A stretch of 63,757 bases of DNA, the filler included, from Licmophora abbreviata (lineage: Eukaryota), in the NCBI GenBank assembly GCA_900291995.1. It is 11 parts of 11 records of this genome, joined end to end, with 100 filler letters (N's around TTAATTAATTAA, not from the genome) between each part and the next. Parts side by side here need not be neighbours in the genome. Positions count along the whole stretch, not along the records: positions 57,418 to 60,819 come from OLMU01001495.1; positions 60,920 to 62,140 come from OLMU01001498.1; positions 62,241 to 63,757 come from OLMU01001502.1; 8 more parts are not named here. One strand, 5' to 3'. This document shows, piece after piece, positions 57,418 through 63,757 of the stretch (positions are counted from its first letter, which is position 1; every line of letters begins with the position of its first letter). The notes under the pieces were generated by a model. That model saw nothing but the letters and a program-made list of their open reading frames with translations, was not told the DNA's origin and ran no database searches. A program made the position numbers and the translations under genes.

Positions 57418-58366
57418 CCATCTTGAGAAAACTTTGGTAGTCTGAGAAGCGAAGAGCAAAGGAATGAGCACATGGTGTAAGCGGTTGATCGGATGATGAG
57501 CAAACCGACTCCACGAAATACGTACTGACTGGTCCTTGCACAATGTTGAGAGTCTTGGGGACACAAAGAAACCACTGTGGGTGGTTGTCAACGACAAGAT
57601 TGACGACATTGGTAAAACCTGCCGCCGCAGCTGTAAGGGCCACCAACTGATGCGTGGCAATGATGGGAATATCCTTCGGATAGGCCAAGAGGAGAGGCTG
57701 CAAGTGCGCGGCAGTCAGTTCAGCAACGCGGAGAGCGTCAGCATCACCTCCTAACATGAGCGACCCCCAGAGCTTTTCGACAGGTCCACCGATTTCAGAC
57801 GCATATCTACTGAAGCGAGAGTAAAGCTCGTCCGTACTCTTGATCAGATTGGCCTCCGGGGATTCGATGTTGAGGAGATCATGGAAGATCACTGGGTGCC
57901 CCGACGTTTTCAACGCCCAAGAAGCCGCCGAGTATGCAAGACGATGATGCCCGAATCCCATACGAATCGTAGCAATGATAATGGGAGTCTTCGAACTGTC
58001 CGCCAGAAGCTGGTCCACCGAGATCAAGCCTTCCTTCTTCTCCGCCGACACGTTCGAAGATGATACCTGGCGACTCACGCGGAGACCTGGAACGTGCGAA
58101 CTCTCAAAGCACTCGAGGGGAATCGGTTTGGCGGACGCCTGACGATTTCCAAGGCGAAACTTATGGAGGAAGACAACCTTCAAAGGCTTGACAGGATTGT
58201 TTGGCCCGACAAATGCATCTATGTCGCAGGAAGTCTGTGGAGACTTCAGAAGCTCCTTGTACGCTCCACCAGCCCATAGATTCAGGACAAAGATAATTGC
58301 TAGGACTGCCAATACCACGACTGCGATAACAATGAGGGCAATCGCCCACGCTTCCAGACCTGCCAT
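57418..58366 (-). CDS. GT-B glycosyltransferase, MGDG-synthase/UgtP-like N-terminal half; partial; intron 57442-57525
   Basis: TM anchor; MGFGHHRLA, IIATH, VVDNHPQWF; truncated by gap. Confidence 0.7.
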
Positions 58367-58751
58367 TCTTGCAAGAGAGACTGCTGTATCGACGCCACCG
58401 CTGCAGCAACGAAAGTGATGAGGCCACGCCGTCGTCGGAAAAGATTCCAACGGCTGTGTGTTCATCAATCTTCTACTGGAGTATGTGTACTTTGTACTTT
58501 TCACTTTTCCTACCTCACTCGACTTCTTCGACTACATTTGCCCTTGGACCCCTGCAGCGACCCGAATGAATCTGAGAAGATGAGAGCGAGCGACATGTAG
58601 ACTTGATCTACGACATACCAGTTACAATGCTTGTACCCATACCGCTATGCCGAAGGATTGCCTCCTATTGGAATATGATTTGTCATACTGTAACTCTACC
58701 TAGCTAGGCGGGGGTGAGAGATGGCGCAACCCAATCAGTCCATTTCTATAT

Positions 58752-59759
58752 TTACAAACTCTTGACATTGGTTGAGTCTTCTCGGTATGTATTCGCAATA
58801 TAGCCATGGGCTGATGTTTTGATGAGCTCCCGCATATGATTATCCTTGAGGAACCAAAGTAGCCTCTCCTTCACGACGCGATCCAGGTGGCCTTGCGAGA
58901 GTGGGATCAGGTTGACGGTTGCATTGAGAATGGGAAGACGGAGAGGTCCTGTGGGCAAGGCTACTACGATCGGTAGCAGAGACCGCTGCACCACGGGACC
59001 AGGGATGAGCCACGACCCCAAACTGACAATCTGTTGATTTCCCAGTGCCGATGGATCGAAGAAAGGACGAGACATGGGCAGAAAATCCTGCAAGCGAGGC
59101 TGCAGAGATTCAGGAAGTGCCAGATGCCGCCGTCGCTGGACCTTCCGTTCGTCGGCGTACTTTCGGCCAACCAAGTAGTTGTCTCTTTGCCAGCGCACGG
59201 ATCGAAGTGCTAGCTTGTACAGTTCAGCTTCTCTCATAGTGGCGGCATCCTCGCCAGAATACTGAGCAAATGCAGCTGCTCGCGTTGACGCTGAACCATC
59301 ATTTTCCAGTGAAACCCGAGCCTCCTCCTGCATCTGCATCCCATGGGGTTCATCCGACGAATCTATAATTTTCTTTTCCTCTTCTTTCTCGCCTTCCTTT
59401 CTTATGCCATCGCTGCTCTCTTCTAGATGCAACAGGTGCTTTGTTACTTCTCGTGCGGCTATGCCAAGAAGACCAAACGCGACTTGATCCACTACTTCTC
59501 GTTTAGGACCAATGTGAATCTCTGTAATGTCTTCCTCATCATCATCTCTATTGGGGAGAGCATCCAGTGCTCTCTGTTCCATGCGTTCATCATCCCATCC
59601 TATCAGTCGAGGGCTCTTGGACAAGATATTCGTCAGCCAGACAGCTGGACGATTCGGATTCCCGTCGAGGGGTTGGTCATTCCACCACTTCTTTTCTTCC
59701 TCCGACTCTTTCCTTCGATCCGTTATATAGCGATGATGCGATGGATCTGAAGTAGGCAT
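58752..59759 (-). CDS. Hypothetical protein
   Basis: 335-aa ATG-initiated ORF filling the interval; no motif recognised. Confidence 0.6.
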   Translation of the reverse strand: MPTSDPSHHRYITDRRKESEEEKKWWNDQPLDGNPNRPAVWLTNILSKSPRLIGWDDERMEQRALDALPNRDDDEEDITEIHIGPKREVVDQVAFGLLGIAAREVTKHLLHLEESSDGIRKEGEKEEEKKIIDSSDEPHGMQMQEEARVSLENDGSASTRAAAFAQYSGEDAATMREAELYKLALRSVRWQRDNYLVGRKYADERKVQRRRHLALPESLQPRLQDFLPMSRPFFDPSALGNQQIVSLGSWLIPGPVVQRSLLPIVVALPTGPLRLPILNATVNLIPLSQGHLDRVVKERLLWFLKDNHMRELIKTSAHGYIANTYREDSTNVKSL

Positions 59760-60145
59760 TTCCCAATCGGAACCTTCTCCATTCAGGCAATCATTTCATG
59801 GTTGGCAGCGGTCGCAGCATCAACAGTCTCGCCCCACTTTTACGATGAAGTTGTTGACGCGCGGAAGACGACGTGTCGAGCTCTATTCTCTCTAAAAACC
59901 CTTTGAAACTTGAAAAATTTTTGGAGTTTCAATCGCGAGGTGGCCGGATACCGGAAATATACCCATTATCGTCAAATATAATTACTGAAGATAAATATTT
60001 TCCTCGTCACAGAGTTCGTCACGAGAAGTGACTCTTGTAAACTTCGGTCGCGTTGACGCCGTCTACAAGATACCGGTATACTCTCGGCAAAGTTCATAAA
60101 TATCGATTGTAAGAGACAACCATATCGTCTGTCTTGGAGGTAAGG

Positions 60146-60819
60146 ATGGACCTTGACAGCAAGAGCCGAGTCGACATCTTTGATAGTATCAAGGCATGTT
60201 CTTGGGAGGACGTGCTGGATGCCATTGAGTTCCTCCCAGAAAATGGTTCTAATCTGGCGTTACATGCAGCTTGTAGAATGAAGCCCCCTTTGGTCGTCGT
60301 CGAGGCGCTGTTGGAATGTGCCCTGGAGCTCCCAAGATGAAAGACCAAGAAGGGTACTTTCCTCTTCATCATGCGTAAGTACTCGGCGTGGAAGACTATG
60401 CACTACAAAAGCGAAAAAACATCAATCGCCTCATCTCAAACAATGTCTATCCATTGAACAGTTGCTCATCGAATGCGTCAAGCAAGGTCGTCAAAAAGTT
60501 GATCGAGGCATATCCAGCCGCGACCCGAGCTAGAACAGATCATGCGGAGGAGCTACCACTTCATCTTGCCTGCAGAACTGGTGCGTGCGAGGGCGCGATT
60601 ATGGCCATTCTGACTTACCACCCGGAAGGCAGCTACCTTCGTGATTCAAAGCGCATGACGCCAATGGACTACGCCAAAGTTGCTACGGACGAGAGCGTGA
60701 GGAAGCAGGTTGTGCAGGCCCTCGAGAGAGCTCCGCTCCTGTGCGCAGTCTCGAAGGCGGCTCAACAGCGAGTCGAGTCCGAAATCCAATCGCGTATGCG
60801 AGCAACCGCCGAGGCGAGC
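60146..60819 (+). CDS. Ankyrin-like repeat protein, partial; intron 60375-60461; apparent 1-bp frameshift at 60321-60323
   Basis: LALHAAC..VVEALL, (shifted) KDQEGYFPLHHA|C, ELPLHLAC, TPMDYA. Confidence 0.75.
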
Positions 60820-60919
60820 NNNNNNNNNNNNNNNNNNNNNNNNNNNNNNNNNNNNNNNNNNNNTTAATTAATTAANNNNNNNNNNNNNNNNNNNNNNNNN
60901 NNNNNNNNNNNNNNNNNNN

Positions 60920-61925
60920 GGATCGACCACAGCATTGATGAAACTAACCTCGTCCGTCGACAACAGCTCCCCTTGGCGCTTCACCTGAACAAACGCGTAA
61001 AGGTCGCCGGCAAGTCCTCCGTTGCGACCAGCGACTCCCTCTCCTTCGACGCAAAGCATCCTCCCACTTTCCATGCCCGGTGGAATGGTGATTGTAAGCT
61101 GCCTGTCCACTTGCTGCGCCCCCCTTCCCCGACACGAGCTGCATCGCTCCTCATAGTGAGTTCCCGTTCCCCAGCAAGAAGGACATCGATGGTGCCTACG
61201 AAAGTGTCCGTAGCCGCCGCAGTCGTGGCACATGCGCGACCTACTTCCCGGCTTGACGCCATTGCCAGGGCAAGCGTCACACGGTCCCCAATATAGAATC
61301 CGAACCGTCTTTTGTCCACCAGACCACGCCATACTGTAATCGATCTCCAGATCGTCGCATCGCAGATCTTCTCCCACGACCGGCACCGGTGTTTTCGGCA
61401 CATTCATGTCGATTTGATCTCCAAAGCTACCGGTCTGAAAGAGTGCTCCGGCAGCACGATCCGACGTCACTGATGTACCGATACCGTACTGACCAAACCT
61501 GTCGTAATTGTTCTTTAGAGCCGGATCCGTGAGCACTTCGTAGGCGCGATTGATCTCCTGAAACTTCGCCGTCGTGTCTTCTTCGGGGTTGGCGTCTGGG
61601 TGCATGAGAGGCGAAAGAGCGCATAAGTCGATATTTTCTACAAGAAACAACGGTCGAGCGTATGATAGTAACGGCACTCACCGGGATGGTACTGCTTGGC
61701 CAGTTCTCTATAGACCGTCTTGATCTCTTTCTCGTCGGCGTTCCACGAGACGCCAAGAGTCTGATAAAAGTCTTGGCCGACCTCCGTATCGAAGAGCCGT
61801 GTCGAAGAGGGTCTTCCCGCAGTGGCTCGTGCGAATGCGACGGCATCAGGACTCGATAACGGCACACGCGTGAAGGCAACGACACCGTTGACCAAGAAGA
61901 GCAACGACATGACCGGAATTCTCAT
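60920..61925 (-). CDS. dnaJ: Type I DnaJ chaperone, plastid-targeted, partial; intron 61596-61681
   Basis: Signal VVA-F; J-domain [24 protein letters not shown]; four CxxCxGxG repeats; IPPGM..GDLY. Confidence 0.9.
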
Positions 61926-62279
61926 CGTCAAACGTCGTCTCTGGCAATCCTTGGAAGTGAAGAATGGGTCACGAGGGACAATTGTTCTCTTACGAATGAT
62001 GTCTGAATGTTCAATGTCCGCTTGGTGGCTTGCGAGGGCACTAAAAGTAACGCTTCGTCGATATCGATGGTGCCATGCTCAATCATACGGAGCAGATGGA
62101 AGATGTGTCGTTGATGTGTGTCGTTGCGATGGATGGCGCANNNNNNNNNNNNNNNNNNNNNNNNNNNNNNNNNNNNNNNNNNNNTTAATTAATTAANNNN
62201 NNNNNNNNNNNNNNNNNNNNNNNNNNNNNNNNNNNNNNNNAACAACGTTCCACAGGGCATGCGATGTATTACTTCGTAC

Positions 62280-63008
62280 CTTTCCTGCGTCCACGTGCCC
62301 CAATACGACCATGGCAAGTCGACTCCTCTGCTTTGAGATGGCATTCGCAATGTGTGCCGGAAGGATCTGCTTGGGTGGCGGCGAAGCCATACGGGTGCTG
62401 TTTGGAATCGATTTCGGAGTAGAAGTGTAAGAAGTCGGAGGAGTCTTCATTTCCTTCTGTCTGGTTATCGGGGATGCGAATAAAGCGGAGGGCGAAGGTC
62501 CTTTGGTTGTCGACGGCGGCTTGGTGGGCGTCGCGACAACCACCGACGCCGCGGCACCAGCCGATTTCGGCGGAGCCATGAACCCTGGCGGCGGCTTGGC
62601 AATTCCTGGTTTCACAGTCGAAGGCGTCGAAACGCTTCCAGGCTCTACTTCTGAGGGCTCGAGTCCTCCCGTTAGCAGGAGCTCCACAGCTCGTTCCGTA
62701 TCGTTGTCGACAGCACTCAATGCACGTTTCGCCTGGTCGCTGCTGAATCCCATGCCCTCTAGCAACCTCTTCTTTTCCTCTGAGCCGTTTTCAGACTGAT
62801 TGTCTCTCCGGGTATCAAAGTTTTGAACCTGACTTGACGATTTCGTCGTCGTTGCGGGCACTGCAAACTGGGTCGGCCGTGATGCTTGGTAGCTGTACTG
62901 CTCCGCGGTGTCGTCATCTTCTTCGTAGTAATCGTCGTCGTAGTAGTCCTCGTCATAATCGTAGTAGTCATCTTCGGTTAAGTTCCGAACGTTACGATGA
63001 CGAGACAT
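62280..63008 (-). CDS. HBS1: HBS1-like translational GTPase, first exon only
   Basis: MSRHRNVR + D/Y-rich tract, UBA-like LEGMGFS..AVELLL, then VVLGHVDAGK followed by a GT donor and a gap. Confidence 0.88.
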
Positions 63009-63693
63009 GGTGAATGGTGAGGGGTGTATCGATCCGGGAACGCGATCAAAAAGGCAGTCTCTCCGCTCTCCTTAAACCTCATCGTCTCGTGGTGACACAG
63101 CAAACTCTGTGATGCATGTTGCATGTTCGCATCGTAGTCAAACTTTCAACTTGGCAATTTCTCGTGATCTCATAGATTGGAGCCATGATTAGGATAGGGT
63201 TTACCGTTTTACCTCTTTACTAACATTTACGTTTTGTACTTATCAGAAGACACTCTCGGGGTTCGGGTTCTTTGGAAGCCGGTAGAAGTCTACAGGATTC
63301 CACGCACCAGGCTGCGTTCTCTCGTGGAAAATATACTGATTTCTACGCGGCTTCCCACCTCACCACTTTTTGTGGTCGTCGCGTGAGGTGAGCTTGCCTA
63401 TGGGAAAGCGGCGTCGTTTTGCGTTGTTGGAGGGATACTATTCAGAGAGACGGCTTCAGAACTGTTCCATGTGAATAGAAGAACGCGTGCAGACGAAAAG
63501 GGGCGACGAAACGCGGAAGAAACGGAGGAAAATGGCCATGGCCGATCGACCTCTTTTGCTTTCGTTTCGCACAGTTGAATCGTTCGACTCAAGTCTCAGT
63601 CGTTGTTTGAAACCAGTCTCACAATTTCCTTTCACTTCTCTCTTGTTCATTTCGATCAGACGTTTCCGCTTTTCTCTCTTTTTCTATCTCATC

Positions 63694-63757
63694 ATGGGTC
63701 GCCGTCCTGCTCGTTGCTACCGTTACCAAAAGAACAAGCCCTACATCAAGAGTCGCT
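63694..63757 (+). CDS. RPL10: 60S ribosomal protein L10 (uL16), 5' fragment
   Basis: MGRRPARCYRYQKNKPYIKSR, preceded by a pyrimidine tract. Confidence 0.96.
   Translation, partial: MGRRPARCYRYQKNKPYIKSR

Noticed and set aside
63190..63272. Minus-strand TAAACCCTA and GAACCCGAACCC as telomerase RNA template or telomeric repeat
   Set aside because: Short matches, no tandem array, and no pseudoknot found 3' of either.
1..63757. CRISPR arrays, rRNA, prokaryotic operons or defence systems
   Set aside because: None seen; the window is intron-containing eukaryotic DNA with no regularly spaced repeats.

Overview
Gene-dense nuclear DNA from a eukaryotic microalga, most likely a diatom. Evidence: short GT-AG introns (about 75-140 nt), signal peptide + 'F' plastid presequences, and protein families typical of diatoms. 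It is a scaffold of 11 contigs joined by ten artificial 100-bp spacers (N44-TTAATTAATTAA-N44). Three spacers are false gaps because the contig ends overlap in frame; others hide real sequence. Content: one tRNA-Thr(AGT) and about 30 host genes, including a TBC Rab-GAP, bZIP, GAR1, ArfGAP, trypsin, delta-5-type elongase, SP-RING SUMO ligase, DnaJ, HBS1 and RPL10. One GC-rich contig (32828-36233) is a DIRS/Ngaro-like retrotransposon. Highlights: (1) its gag-like ORF and RT ORF are in frame, separated by one UAG followed by a stem-loop (candidate readthrough); (2) an intron-containing, bacterial-type SsuA/THI5 solute-binding protein with signal peptide and GPI-like tail; (3) a tandem pair of small proteins sharing an unrecognised GMFWRSDPTG...WPRD domain; (4) two structured intergenic RNA candidates; (5) four host genes each broken by an apparent single-base deletion, probably assembly error. 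All family calls come from motif recognition by eye, not database searches.
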